Assembly (NCBI RefSeq): GCF_011745625.1
Contig: NW_027191468.1
Span: 557,512 to 577,511, forward strand
Length of the DNA stretch: 20,000 nucleotides
Origin: Cladosporium halotolerans
Taxonomy: Eukaryota
Direction of reading: 5' to 3'
In this document: one piece after another, positions 1-10,835 of the stretch
Layout: each line of letters begins with the position of its first letter
Numbering within the stretch: position 1 is the first letter of the stretch
Position numbers and translations under genes: made by a program
Notes under the pieces: generated by a model
The model's input: the letters and a program-made list of their open reading frames with translations, nothing else
What the model was told of the DNA's origin: nothing
Databases searched by the model: none

Positions 1-14
1 GAGATCAGATCATC

Positions 15-1766
15 ATGTCTGACCGCCGGATGCAGTCTTCTCGCGACGACCGCCGACGCGACCGCGATGGAGGAGACAGGCGCAGACGTTCGCGCTCCCC
101 GCGCGGCGGCGGAGGGCGTAGGGATTATGGCGATGTAGACTCTTATTCTTCCAGCAGAGACTACAGGGAGAGGGAGCGCGAGGACAGGTACTCGGGGAGA
201 GACAACAGACGCGACAGGGATTGGGATCGTGGCGCGGCGAGGAGAGACGCTAGGAGGGACGACGGCGATCGCAGACGTGACAACCGCCGCGACAGAGATC
301 TTTTTGATGATCGCAGGGGAGGCCGTCGCGATGACAGGCGTGACCGCGATCGTGATCATCGTGGTGACGGTCGGGATACGGATAGGGCGCGCGACAACGA
401 CGACATGCGCCAGATGGAACGCCAGAGTCGCGTGAAGAGTGCATCGCCGCCTCCGCGCAAGCCTAAAGAGCCCACGCCGGACCTCACAGAAGTGGTGCCG
501 ATCATCACTCGCAAGCGCAGGCTGAATCAGTGGGACATCAAGCCGCCTGGATATGAGAATGTCACGGCCGAGCAGGCTAAGCTGTCAGGCATGTTCCCTC
601 TGCCCGGCGCACCGAGACAGCAGGCGATGGATCCCTCCAAGCTGCAAGCATTCATGAATCAGCCTGGCAACCAGGCCAGCACCAATGCCCTGAAGCCCGC
701 CACTGCTCGTCAATCGAAGCGTCTTTTCGTGCACAGACTGCCTGCTTCTGCTACCGACGACAGCGTCAGCGCCTTTTTCAACTTGCAGCTCAACGGTCTC
801 AACGTCACCAAGGGCTCTGACCCTTGCGTCTCAGCACAAGTCAACAAGGCCCAGGGCTATGCGCTACTCGAGTTCAAGACCCCAGAAGACGCTACGAATG
901 CCATGGCTTTTGACGGCATGCACATGGATTCCGAAGCTATGGATACCAGCAACGGTGACTCGAACGGCTCGGCGAGCGGCCTTGAAATCCGCAGGCCCAA
1001 GGACTACATCGTCCCTACCGTGACCGACGAAACCCAGAACGAAGCTGGCGTGCTCTCCAACTCCGTTCCTGACACGCAGAACAAGATCAGCATCACCAAC
1101 ATTCCCATCTACCTCACGGACGAACACATGCAGGAGCTTCTCCAGTCTTTCGGCGAGCTGAAGTCGTTTGTGCTGGTAAAGGACCGCTCCACCGAGGAGA
1201 GCAGAGGCATTGCTTTCTGCGAGTACGTCGATTCCAGCGTCACGGATGCTGCGGTCGAAAGCTTGAACGGCATGGAGCTGGGTGATGCGAACTTGAAGGT
1301 CAAGCGTGCCAGTATTGGTATCCAGCAGGTCAGCGGAGAGATGAGCGTGAACGCCATGAGCTTGATGGCTGGCACACAGGCCAAGTCGGATGCCGACAGC
1401 AGCAGAGTGCTGTGTTTGATGAACATGATCACGCCTGAGGAATTGATGGACGTCGAGGAGTCTGAAGGTAAGCATTCACGTTTCCCCCTTGACGCCTGAA
1501 CGTCAAGACAGATACTAACCCTCGCATCAGAAATTCTCGAAGACGTCAAGGACGAATGCGCTAAGTACGGCAAACTTCTCGACACGAAGATGCCCCGCCC
1601 TACAGGCTCCAGACAAAGCGCCGGTATTGGCAAGATCTACGTCAAGTTCGAGGATTCGGCTGCGGCGTCGAAGGCGCTGGCTGCGCTGGCTGGCAGGAAA
1701 TTCTCGGACCGGACGGTCGTCGCTACCTTCTTCGGCGAGGAATACTTTGACATCAACGCATGGTAA
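15..1766 (+). CDS. U2AF2: Splicing factor U2AF large subunit (U2AF65/Prp2-like). Exons ~36(or 15)..1467 and 1531..1766; true start probably upstream of the window
   Basis: RS/RD-rich N-terminus, ULM-like KRRLNQWDIKPPGYE, RRM1 (RLFVHRLP...GYALLEF), RRM2 (ISITNIP...RGIAFCEY). Intron 1468..1530 (GTAAGC...TACTAAC...CAG) joins to EILEDVKDECAKYG...GIGKIYVKF...AGRKFSDRTVVATFFGEEYFDINAW* (C-terminal UHM), TAA at 1764-1766. Confidence 0.95.
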
Positions 1767-2285
1767 TCCTTGTGTGCATGACAGTCCATGGGGTGGCCAC
1801 AGGGACTGGAGGGGCGGGGGAAATGGCTGATGAGGCGCGTAGCTTTCTGTATTGTAGTATAAAAAGACGCGAGCAAAGTATTGAGCTCAAAACACCTTGA
1901 CCTTGAGTTCACGAATGTCTTTCCATTGAATGCCAATGCCATTGATGAGTGCACACCCTACCAAGAACGCATCAGCGCCTCACTCTATGGCTTGGGCATC
2001 TTCAAAGGGTTCTTGATGTTGGTGCCTGAACTGGACCCTGAATGCGGGGAGTGGTCGCGCGCGCTCCGCCACCTGCGGTTGCGTTGCTCGCACCACTCGC
2101 TCCTAAACTCGCTAGGCCGTCTCACCATTCTCCTGAAAATAGATTCAGATCATACCGCTGTCAATCTGATACTGACCTTCAAACACCAACTTGCCCCTTC
2201 CGACATCTTCCAGCAGGAATATAGTACTTCACTACTGGAAGGCCCCTGGTAATCACCCTCAGCAACACTCACACCACTGCCCGCC

Positions 2286-3745
2286 ATGCCCTTCGGAATC
2301 GGCAGGAAAGATAAAGGCGGCGAAGACCTCGACGCCCAGAAACGCTCCCTCTTCGGCGGTCGCTCAAAATCTAGCAAAAGCTCCTCACCCGCTCCCTCAT
2401 CCGCCAACCCCTACGCCGCCCCGCCCCCTCCATCGGGCGGTTCGAACCCCTACGCCAACCAGAGCAGCCAAAATGATCCATACGCCCCTAAAAGCCAAAG
2501 CAACCTCTCTTCGCCTCCAACCGGCTCTTTCAACAGCATGAGCTTGAACGGCAGCGAGAAAGGCGGCCCGCCGCCTAGTTACTCCGGCCCTGGACAGTTC
2601 TCGAGGGATAAGAGCCCCGTGCCGCCGGGAGGGTATGGTGGTGGGCCGCCGAGGGCTCCCCCTAGCAATGGAGGATACGGACAGAGCAGTTATGGCCAGG
2701 GAGGTGGATACGGTGAGAACCCTTACGGCGGGCCTTCTTCGAGCTCGAGGGGCGCTGGTGGCTACGGCGGTCTGGGTCGCAGCAATAGCCAGGAGACTAT
2801 GGGCACGGAAGCTGGAAGGAACGAGCTCTTTGGCGACGCGGCGAAGCGCGCTCAGCAGCAGCGGCCGCCACCGCAGGAAGAGAGTCAGGACACGAGCTAT
2901 GGCAACTCGGGCGGGTTCTCGAGCGGCGGGTTCGATTCTACTGAGATGCCTGGTGGTTACGGGCCAGGCTTGAGCGCGCAAGAGGAGGAAGATCAGGAGG
3001 TCAATGCCGCGAAGCAGGAGATGAACCAGCTCAAGCGGGAGGACGTCAATACTACTCGCCGCCTCGTCGGTACCGCCGATAACCTCGATCAGCTAGCTAC
3101 CAACATCATCGGCAACATCGGCCGCCAGGGCGAGAGCTTCCACAACGCCGAGAAGAACCTGGACAGCGCCAACGTGCAGGCCAAGACGGCTGATAAGAAG
3201 ATCCGCGTCCTCGACAACGTTGCCAACACGACCATGTTCATGCCCGTGCGCGGTGAGCGCGGCAACAGGGAAAAGAGGCTTAACAGGGACCACGATCTCG
3301 AGATGGAGCGCCACCACCAGAACAAGAAGATCGAGGAGGTTACTCGCGCGCACAAATACGCTGACCAGCAGCGCGTGGCGCAGGGCGAGAAGGGTATCAA
3401 TTCCAACAGGGCACAGCAGCAGCAGAAGGCAAGCTTGCTGCAGCGGTCGAAGTATCAGTTTGATGCGGACAGCGAGGACGATGAGATGGAGGATGAGTTG
3501 GATGCAAACCTGTTAGTTCTTGTCCCAGTACTGAACGTCCCACGGAAGTGTGCTTTTGCTGACCATCTGACTCTTTTAGGGACCGCATAGGCCACACTGT
3601 CAAGCGCGTCGGCATGGCCAGCAGAGTCATCGGCGACGTGCTGGAGAGCCAGAACGCACAGCTCGATCGCATCTCGGGCAAGGCTGACGAGGCTGATGAT
3701 CAGGTCACGAGGAACAGGATTCGGATGCAACAGAGATTCAAGTGA
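2286..3745 (+). CDS. SEC9: Sec9/SNAP-25-like Qbc SNARE, 463 aa. Exons 2286..3511 and 3580..3745
   Basis: Low-complexity G/S/P/Y N-terminus with NPY repeats and RNELF motif; first SNARE helix (...GRQGESFHNAEKNLD); SKYQFDADSEDDEMEDELDANL motif. Intron 3512..3579 (GTTAGT...GCTGAC...TAG) restores the second helix DRIGHTVKRV...LESQNAQLDRISGKADEADDQVTRNRIRM, TGA at 3743-3745. Confidence 0.88.
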
Positions 3746-4584
3746 TTGTGCTTCTGGTTTTTTTGAGCAGCATATGTAGATGATGATACAGGTACGGTCT
3801 ACCTGTTGTTTGGCTCATGGGTTTGACTTGCATAGCAAGCCATCGGCTGGAGGATGACGGAGTTCCTGGAAATTGCATATTCATGCGCAGGCTGAGATAG
3901 ATCGGAAAGTTTTTTTTTTCTGAGGGTGATCTCTAGATACCTCATTCTCTAAAAGGAAGGGGAATTGTGACGTGCTATCTTTTCGTGACTATTGAAAGCG
4001 AAGTGTTACCCAGAGAGCTTACCTAAAACATCGACTATACTAGAACGCGTGGTGGTCTTCCAAAGCCTCCAAACTTCTAGATGAGAAATACCTAATGTGA
4101 CGAACCATTCCGTGGTCACGATATCGATGCTCCGTCGACAGTGATGGTTTCTTAGATATCAGATCTCCGCCGATATCGCAGGCTCGACCAAAAGATCGGC
4201 TTCGATACCACACGGCGAGGACGCCACCACGGCAACAAATCGGACTCCTGCGAGAGGTATTGCTTATCCCCAAAAGGCACAGCAAAGCCTCGTTCGGCGC
4301 AGAGGATGTGGACGCCAATGGGTCTCGGGGATAGTGGGGAGGTGTTTCGCAGAGGACGCCACGGTCGTCGCCGCGATCCAAGCGCAGGCGATGATGCTGC
4401 GCTGTACCTCGGCCAACACCCCCCGCCGTCACTCCACAAGCTCCCCAGAGCCGTCCGTTACCGCTCGGCATAGACGGCCATTTACTCTCGCGCACACCGC
4501 GCGTCTTCCCGACCATCTGCCATTGAGGCACCGCATCGCTCCGCTGGCCGTCGTCTCTCCTCCTCCACCTCCAACCCACCAGAC

Positions 4585-6316
4585 ATGAGCTTCATCGCCA
4601 GCCGCAGCGTCGCCCGCGCCGCCTCGAGAAGCATCGCCAGAGCCGGCCCCAGAGCTCCACTCTGCAGCTCGCGGTTAGCTCAACACCACGCCCTCAATTC
4701 CTCCTCCCTCCTCCAACAACGCCTCAACACCGCCCGCACATTCTCTACCACAATGGTCCAAGCCTCCGCCGGTGACGCCTTTGCGTCGCCCGCCCCGCCC
4801 GCCCAGTATGACCAGGAAATCGTCGACATGGCCTCCTACATCCACAACTACAACATCGATTCTGAGCTGGCTGTACGTTGTGACGATTTTTTCTTGACTG
4901 ACTCACTGCTAACTCACCCTCCTTTAGATCGATACCGCTCGCTTCGTCTTCCTCGACACCCTCGGCTGCGGTCTCAAGGCCCTCGAATTCCCCCACTGCA
5001 CCAAGCTGCTCGGTCCCGTCGTCGAGGGCACCACCGTCCCCAATGGCACAAAAGTTCTCGGCACACCCTACCAGCTTGATCCCGTGCGCGGTGCCTTCAA
5101 CATCGGTGCAATGATCCGCTGGCTCGACTTCAACGACTGCTGGCTCGCCGCTGAGTGGGGCCACCCGTCCGACAACCTCGGTGCCATCCTCGCAGTCGCC
5201 GACTGGATGAACCGCTCCAACAAGGCTGGCGGCAAGAAGGTCGGCAACGGCGCCACTTTCAGCGTCAAGGACGTGCTCGTCGCCATGGTCAAGGCCCACG
5301 AAATCCAGGGCTGCCTCGCCCTCGAGAACAGCTTCAACAAGGTCGGCCTCGACCACGTCGTCAACGTCAAGGTCGCCTCTGCCGCCGTCGTCTCCCAGAT
5401 GCTCGGTCTGTCCGAGGCCCAGACCCGCGACGCCATCTCCCAGGCTTGGGTCGACGGCCAGGCCATGCGCACCTACCGCCACTCCCCCAACACCATGTCC
5501 CGCAAGTCCTGGGCCGCCGGTGACGCCTGCGAGCGCGCCGTCAACGTCTGCCTCAAGGTCATGGCCGGCGAGGGTGGCATGGCCACCGTCCTCTCCGCCC
5601 CGACTTGGGGCTTCTACGACGTCAACTTCCACGGCAAGAAGTTCGACTTCCAGCGCCCCTACGGCTCCTACGTCATGGAGAACGTGCTCTTCAAGGTCTC
5701 CTACCCGGCCGAGTTCCACTCGCAGACCGCCATCGAGGCCGCCCAACGCCTGAACAAGAAGCTCGCCGCCATGGGCAAGTCCGCCGCCGACATCGAGAGC
5801 GTGCAGAACCGCACCCACGAAGCCTGCATCCGCATCATCGACAAGCAGCTCAAGCCCATGGACAACTTCGCCGACCGTGACCACTGCGTCCAGTACATGG
5901 TCGCCACCATGTTCGCTTTCAACCGCCTGACCGCCGAGGACTACGTCGACGGCTCCGAAGCCGCCACTTCCGAGCTCGTCGAGTCCCTCCGCAAGCGCAT
6001 CTCTTGCGTCGAGGACCCGCAGTTCACCAAGGATTACCACGACCCGGAGAAGCGCACCATCGCCAACGCTCTCACCGTCAAGCTGAAGGACGGCACGGTC
6101 CTGGACGAGGAGGTCGTCGAGGCGCCACTGGGCCACCGCCTGCGTCGCGAGGAGGCTAAGCCGGAGATCATGAAGAAGTTCCAGAAGCACCTCGCGCCGC
6201 ACTTCAGCGAGAGCCACGTCAAGAAGCTGGTCGATCTTGCCAACGACCCCGCTGCGCTGTACAAGATGCCTGTGGACGAGTATGTGGATCTGTATGTTAA
6301 GGAGAAGATTTTGTAG
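4585..6316 (+). CDS. PDH1: 2-methylcitrate dehydratase (MmgE/PrpD family), mitochondrial precursor, 558 aa. Exons 4585..4872 and 4928..6316
   Basis: Arg/Ser/Ala-rich, acid-free N-terminal presequence. Intron 4873..4927 (GTACGT...GCTAAC...TAG) gives IDTARFVFLDTLGCG. Family motifs RWLDFNDCWLAAEWGHPSDN, RTYRHSPNTMSRKSWAAGDA, YPAEFHSQTA, DRDHC. Confidence 0.96.
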
Positions 6317-6632
6317 AGTGTTGGTGGACAGCTAAATGGCGTCTTTTGGAGGGATATGATGTGACATAGATGATAGGATTATGCTATATGAGCCTTGAAT
6401 GCAATTGATGCACAATCACCTTGATCAAGTATCCCGCACGAGGGCTGGTGCTGTCCGCTGTGATAGAGCAACGCCTTTCCAGACAGTGCAGGGTGAAAAT
6501 TTGCTCAAGGACGTTCACCACGCATCTGAAAATTGTTGCCTCGCTTGTGTTAGGCTCTTCGCCGAGAAACCATTTTCAGGAAGTCAGTGACGGATGGTAA
6601 TACAGAAATATTCAATCAGCATTATATTTTCA

Positions 6633-6650
6633 CCCTAACCCTAACCCTAG
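6633..6650 (+). repeat. Short interstitial telomere-like tract (CCCTAA)2CCCTAG
   Basis: ccctaaccctaaccctag read directly, about 300 bp upstream of the cyclophilin ATG. Confidence 0.6.
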
Positions 6651-6946
6651 AAAGTGGACGGCAACCGTGCTTGCAGGCGACACACTCTCCGAACGGATGA
6701 TAAGCAGCCTTGAAAGTCTACAGCAGAGGGTAGTATCTTCCATCACTTTTTCACATCGGAAATTACAAAAACCAGTAATTGGAGGCTTTCATAATACTAA
6801 TAGCATTTGGCCCGATGTGCCTGGAAACTTTCCGATACTGAACCGCGGTGATCCCTCACACAACAAAGCGTTGACGCAGGCGAAGCAGCCTACCTACCTT
6901 ACTGTTGTCAGTTACCAAACCTCCAAAAGATCAACTCAAATTCACC

Positions 6947-7533
6947 ATGACTGAACCAACGCCTCCCAACCCCGTCGTATTTTTCGACATAACACTCGGC
7001 GGCGAGCCCCTCGGGCGGATCAAGATGGAACTGCACGCCGACAGCGTGCCTCGCACGGCGGAGAACTTCCGGCAATTTTGTACGGGCGAGCACAAGAACC
7101 ACCTCGGCCGGCCGCAGGGCTACAAGGGCGCGCGCTTCCACCGCGTGATCAAGGACTTCATGGTGCAGGGCGGGGACTTCGTGAACGGCGATGGCACGGG
7201 CAGCGCGACGATCTACGGGACCAGGAGTTTCGCGGACGAGGGGTTCAAGGGCAGGCATGATGGGGTGGGAGTGCTCAGTATGGCGGTACGTTCTTTGTTC
7301 GGTTTCTTCTTCGTCGTCTCGTGTGCTAATGCTACGTGCAGAACTCGGGTCCCAACACCAACGGCTGCCAGTTCTTCATCCTGACCGCTCCGGCGCCACA
7401 CCTGGACGGGAAGCACGTGGTGTTTGGGCGCGTGGTCGATGGCCTGGACGTCGTGCGCAAGATCGAGAATGTGCGCACGCGCGACGAGAGGCCTGTGCAG
7501 GAGGTTGTGGTCGCGCAGTGTGGAGAGATGTGA
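6947..7533 (+). CDS. PPIH: Peptidyl-prolyl cis-trans isomerase, cyclophilin H type (U4/U6 snRNP-associated), 176 aa. Exons 6947..7285 and 7342..7533
   Basis: [67 protein letters not shown]. Intron 7286..7341 (GTACGT...GCTAAT...CAG) joins [16 protein letters not shown]; ends QCGEM*. ATG in CACC-ATG context. Confidence 0.92.
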
Positions 7534-8050
7534 GGCGGACAAGTCTCATACGAAGCATGAGAGACGTGATAGAGTGGCTCCTGACTATGTCGAGATACAC
7601 ATGGTGAGAAGATTGACAATTGACTGAGCTCAATCCGATTTCATATTTCTGGCTGCAGCATCCGAAGTATTCTCACCGCCTCATCACAGTGCGCTGCAGT
7701 TGAACACGACGAGACAGATCATCGACACGATAAAAAGAAAGTGAACAAAGAAACCGAATGCACAAATTCTTTTGATCTTGATTCTCATAGCTAACGTGAA
7801 TACGCCCCCTCATGCAAGATTTTTCGAAGGGTCATGAACAGCAGAGGCCCAACAGTCGGCGCACACGCGCTGGTATCGTCAATTGGCCAGGAGTGTCATA
7901 TGCGGCAATGGTGGTGAGAAGAAGGGGCATCGAACTGCCTCCTCCTTTTCTTTTTGTCCAGAGCGCACCTGGTCGGCAGTAAGGTATTCGTTCCGCATGC
8001 ATCCAGCGCCCGACGCACAACATCATCCAAGTGAAAGTCAGAACGCCCAC

Positions 8051-8674
8051 TCAAATGTCGTCGACGTCGATCTCGCCGTCGCTGTCGCTGTCGTCCTCGC
8101 CGAAGTCGAAGCCGATGCCACCCTCCTCCTCGCCGCCGTAGGTGTCGGTCTCGTTGATCTTGGCAGTCTCGGGCAGCTCGCCGTAGGCCTTGAGCGAACG
8201 GGCCTCGTCGGCGGAGTACTTGAGGATGACGTCGCCCTTCTCGTCCTGGTATTCACGGAGGGACAGCAGAATGATGTCGCCCTGGTTGATCCAGACCTTC
8301 TTTCGCAGCTTGCCGCGGATGTGTGCGAGACGTTTGCTGCCGTCGAAGCAGGCGGCCTCGAGGCGACCGTTACCAAGCATCTTCACGACCTGGGCATACT
8401 CTGGAGTGGACAGTCAGCGGTGTGTCTTCGTCGGGTGTGATGAACCGATGATCGACGTTTCGCGTCGGCAACGGCGACGACAGGATGTCAAGACGTACCC
8501 TGGCCCTCCTCCTTGAAGGTGAGTTCACGCTTCTCGTTGTCGTTCTCGTTCTTTCCTCTTCTGCGGTTCTTACCGCCCTGCAGTCGACGGAGTTAGCATT
8601 TGTGGTGGTGGCCGCGGTCTGGCGGGGTGTGGGGTGGGTGTGGGATGACGCACCTTTCCCTTGTTCTTGGGCAT
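8051..8674 (-). CDS. TIF11: Translation initiation factor eIF1A, 149 aa. Exons 8674..8654, 8577..8499, 8400..8051
   Basis: Spliced product [95 protein letters not shown]... with acidic tail. Introns 8653..8578 (GTGCGT...GCTAAC...CAG) and 8498..8401 (GTACGT...GCTGAC...CAG). Confidence 0.97.
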
Positions 8675-8912
8675 GGCGGCGGAGTGGCCGGTGGTGAGTG
8701 GTGTGGTAGTGCGGCTTCGTTGCCTGGGGAGAAGGAGGAAGAGAGGTGTTGGGTGGTGTAGGTTGTGTGGTGGGGTGCGATGGTGAGGGAAAGGTGGGTA
8801 GGTTAAGTAACGGGTGTATGACACACTCGCTGGCTGCGGGACCTGGCTGCACGCACTGCAAGCGCCTGCCAGTGGCGGGGTGGGCGGCGAAATTTCACAA
8901 AGAGCGCGTTGC

Positions 8913-8943
8913 GTCAGGCAGAAAGGCAGGGTCAGGCAGAAAG
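8913..8943. promoter_or_regulatory. 13-bp direct repeat GTCAGGCAGAAAG x2 in the eIF1A/Pho85 divergent intergenic region
   Basis: Copies at 8913-8925 and 8931-8943; inverted core CTGCCTGA at 9024-9031. Regulatory role is inferred from position only. Confidence 0.3.
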
Positions 8944-9181
8944 AGCCTGGCACGCGGGCGTGGCGGGAAGGCTGTTGCAGGCGCGTCGGGCGCACACGGG
9001 CGGACAGCCTGAATGCCTTGTTCCTGCCTGAGCGGCTGCTGCCGCGCCTGCCGCGCGCCTACACGCTTATTGCTCGGACAGCCAGTCGCAGCGTGAAGTG
9101 GTGTACCTTGTATCAGATCGCCAGTCACGCCTATCATATCCTGCAAACCGCACCACCGCCCGCACCCCTTGTAGCTCTCAG

Positions 9182-9349
9182 ATGCCCACTTGCCGTCCCG
9201 GACACTGCTTCACTCCGTCTATTGCTCAAGCGAACCTCTCGTTCACCTCCACCACCCTCGAGCGCGCCGCTCCCTCACCCTCCCACCGCCCTCACAACGG
9301 CCTCCTCAACCCCGCGCCCCACCACCGCTCGATCCAGCACCCACCCTAA
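9182..9349 (+). other. Putative upstream ORF (55 aa) in the Pho85 leader, out of frame with Pho85
   Basis: Only ATG between ~9020 and the Pho85 ATG; weak context (cag-ATG-c); TAA at 9347-9349. Relevance depends on an unknown TSS. Confidence 0.35.
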
Positions 9350-9608
9350 TAGTAGTGGCTCCTCTCAACCCAGCAATAACACAACCAACGCCGCCCAGCC
9401 GCCGTCCTCCCCCCTGACAATCGCGAACCAGCTCACCACCTCGCGCGACATCCTCTGGGACCCCAAGTATACTCGCAAGGAGCCGCATCAGATCCGACTG
9501 CATCCCACCCACGTCGGCACTCTTGCTGTAGGATCCCTTGGGGCCAACAACCGGACAGACAGCAACATCAGTGTGCGCTCTCTCGGCGGAGGACACAGGA
9601 TAGAAGCC

Positions 9609-10664
9609 ATGGACAAGCGTCATCCGAGTAGTTTCCAGCAGCTTGAGAAGCTTGGCGAGGGCACATATGCTACGGTATGCCGTCTTGTCTTGTCATCTCA
9701 AATCACCCAACCGAGTCAGCAACCCTGACTCCTTTCCCTCTAGGTATTCAAAGGCCGCAATGGCCAGACCGGCGCATTCGTCGCCCTCAAGGAGATCCAT
9801 CTTGACAGCGAAGAGGGAACACCCAGCACCGCCATCCGCGAGATCTCGCTCATGAAAGAGCTTAAGCACGAGAACATTGTCAGCCTCTACGATGTAATTC
9901 ACACCGAGAACAAGCTCATGCTCGTGTTCGAGTACATGGACAAGGACTTGAAGAAGTACATGGACTCGTACACCAACACTTCGACCGGCGTCCGTGGTTC
10001 CCTCGAGCCCGCCACGATCAAGAGCTTCATGTGGCAGCTGCTGCGCGGCATTGCATTCTGCCACGACAACCGCGTCCTGCACCGCGACCTGAAGCCTCAG
10101 AACTTGCTCATCAATAACCATGGCCAACTGAAACTCGCCGACTTCGGCCTCGCCCGCGCCTTCGGAATTCCAGTTAACACCTTCTCAAACGAAGTCGTCA
10201 CCCTCTGGTACCGTGCACCGGACGTCCTGCTCGGTAGCCGCACGTACAATACAAGCATCGATATCTGGAGTGCAGGCTGCATCATGGCAGAAATGTTTAC
10301 CGGCCGGCCACTCTTCCCTGGCACAACGAACGAAGACCAGCTGCTGAAGATCTTCCGCCTGATGGGCACACCCTCGGAACGCTCCTGGCCGGGCATCAGC
10401 GCCTTTCCCGAGTACAAGCCGACGTGGCCCGTGTACGCGACGCAAGAGCTGCGCGCCATCCTGCCGCAAGTCGACAGCCTGGGCCTGCAGCTGCTTGGCC
10501 AGATGCTGCAGATGCGACCCGAGATGCGCTGCTCGGCACACCAGGCGCTGGCACACCCTTGGTTCGCGGAGCTGAATGCCCGTAGTGGAGCGTCTTCGCA
10601 GAACAACTTTGGTTCTTCGTCGGTTGTTGGCGGTCAGCAGGGGCAGCAGCAGCGCGTGTACTAG
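9609..10664 (+). CDS. PHO85: Cyclin-dependent kinase Pho85/PhoA, 328 aa. Exons 9609..9674 and 9744..10664
   Basis: [22 protein letters not shown] | intron 9675..9743 (GTATGC...CCTGAC...TAG) | [84 protein letters not shown]. Confidence 0.97.
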
Positions 10665-10667
10665 GGG

Positions 10668-10835
10668 ATCAAGCGCGGAGAAAGCCAAGAGATCAAGCGC
10701 GAGGGAGGAGTCGAGGTCAAATGCGAAGACGGGACCAAGGTCAAGTGCGAGGATGATTATGAGGTGAAGTGCGAGGAAGACTTGGAGCTCCAGCGCAAAG
10801 TTGCTGCGGAGATCAAGCGCATGGAAGATTTCATG
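10668..10835 (+). repeat. Degenerate 24-nt tandem repeat (7 units) just after, and in frame with, the Pho85 stop codon
   Basis: Units start at 10668, 10692, 10716, 10740, 10764, 10788, 10812 and translate as IKRGESQE/IKREGGVE/VKCEDGTK/VKCEDDYE/VKCEEDLE/LQRKVAAE/IKRMEDFM. Confidence 0.8.

Noticed and set aside
1881..2252. 123-aa ORF between U2AF65 and Sec9
   Set aside because: Non-ATG start, no codon bias or motif; lies in terminator/promoter sequence.
3512..3590. Hydrophobic C-terminus (LLVLVPVL...) of the unspliced Sec9 ORF suggesting a membrane anchor
   Set aside because: It is translated intron; splicing restores the second SNARE helix, and the stretch is too short for a TM helix.
4040..4588. 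Several ORFs upstream of the dehydratase
   Set aside because: GC-rich promoter/leader; mutually overlapping and without protein-like features.
4745..6217. 490-aa antisense ORF over the methylcitrate dehydratase gene
   Set aside because: Shadow ORF expected from strong GC3 codon bias of the sense gene; no recognisable motifs.
15..9608. Functional clustering: two spliceosomal genes, and eIF1A next to a gene with a candidate non-AUG start
   Set aside because: Neighbourhood of housekeeping genes in a compact fungal genome needs no functional explanation; no supporting evidence in the sequence.
10562..10664. Alternative intron using the Pho85 TAG as 3' splice site to reach the repeat tail
   Set aside because: No CTRAY branch site upstream; better donors (GTAGTG 10582, GTCAGC 10633, GTTCGC 10562) are out of phase, and in-phase ones (GTTGTT, GTTGGC) are non-consensus. 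Not fully excluded without RNA-seq.
10668..10835. CRISPR-like reading of the periodic repeat
   Set aside because: Eukaryotic context, degenerate contiguous 24-nt units without repeat-spacer structure, no cas genes.
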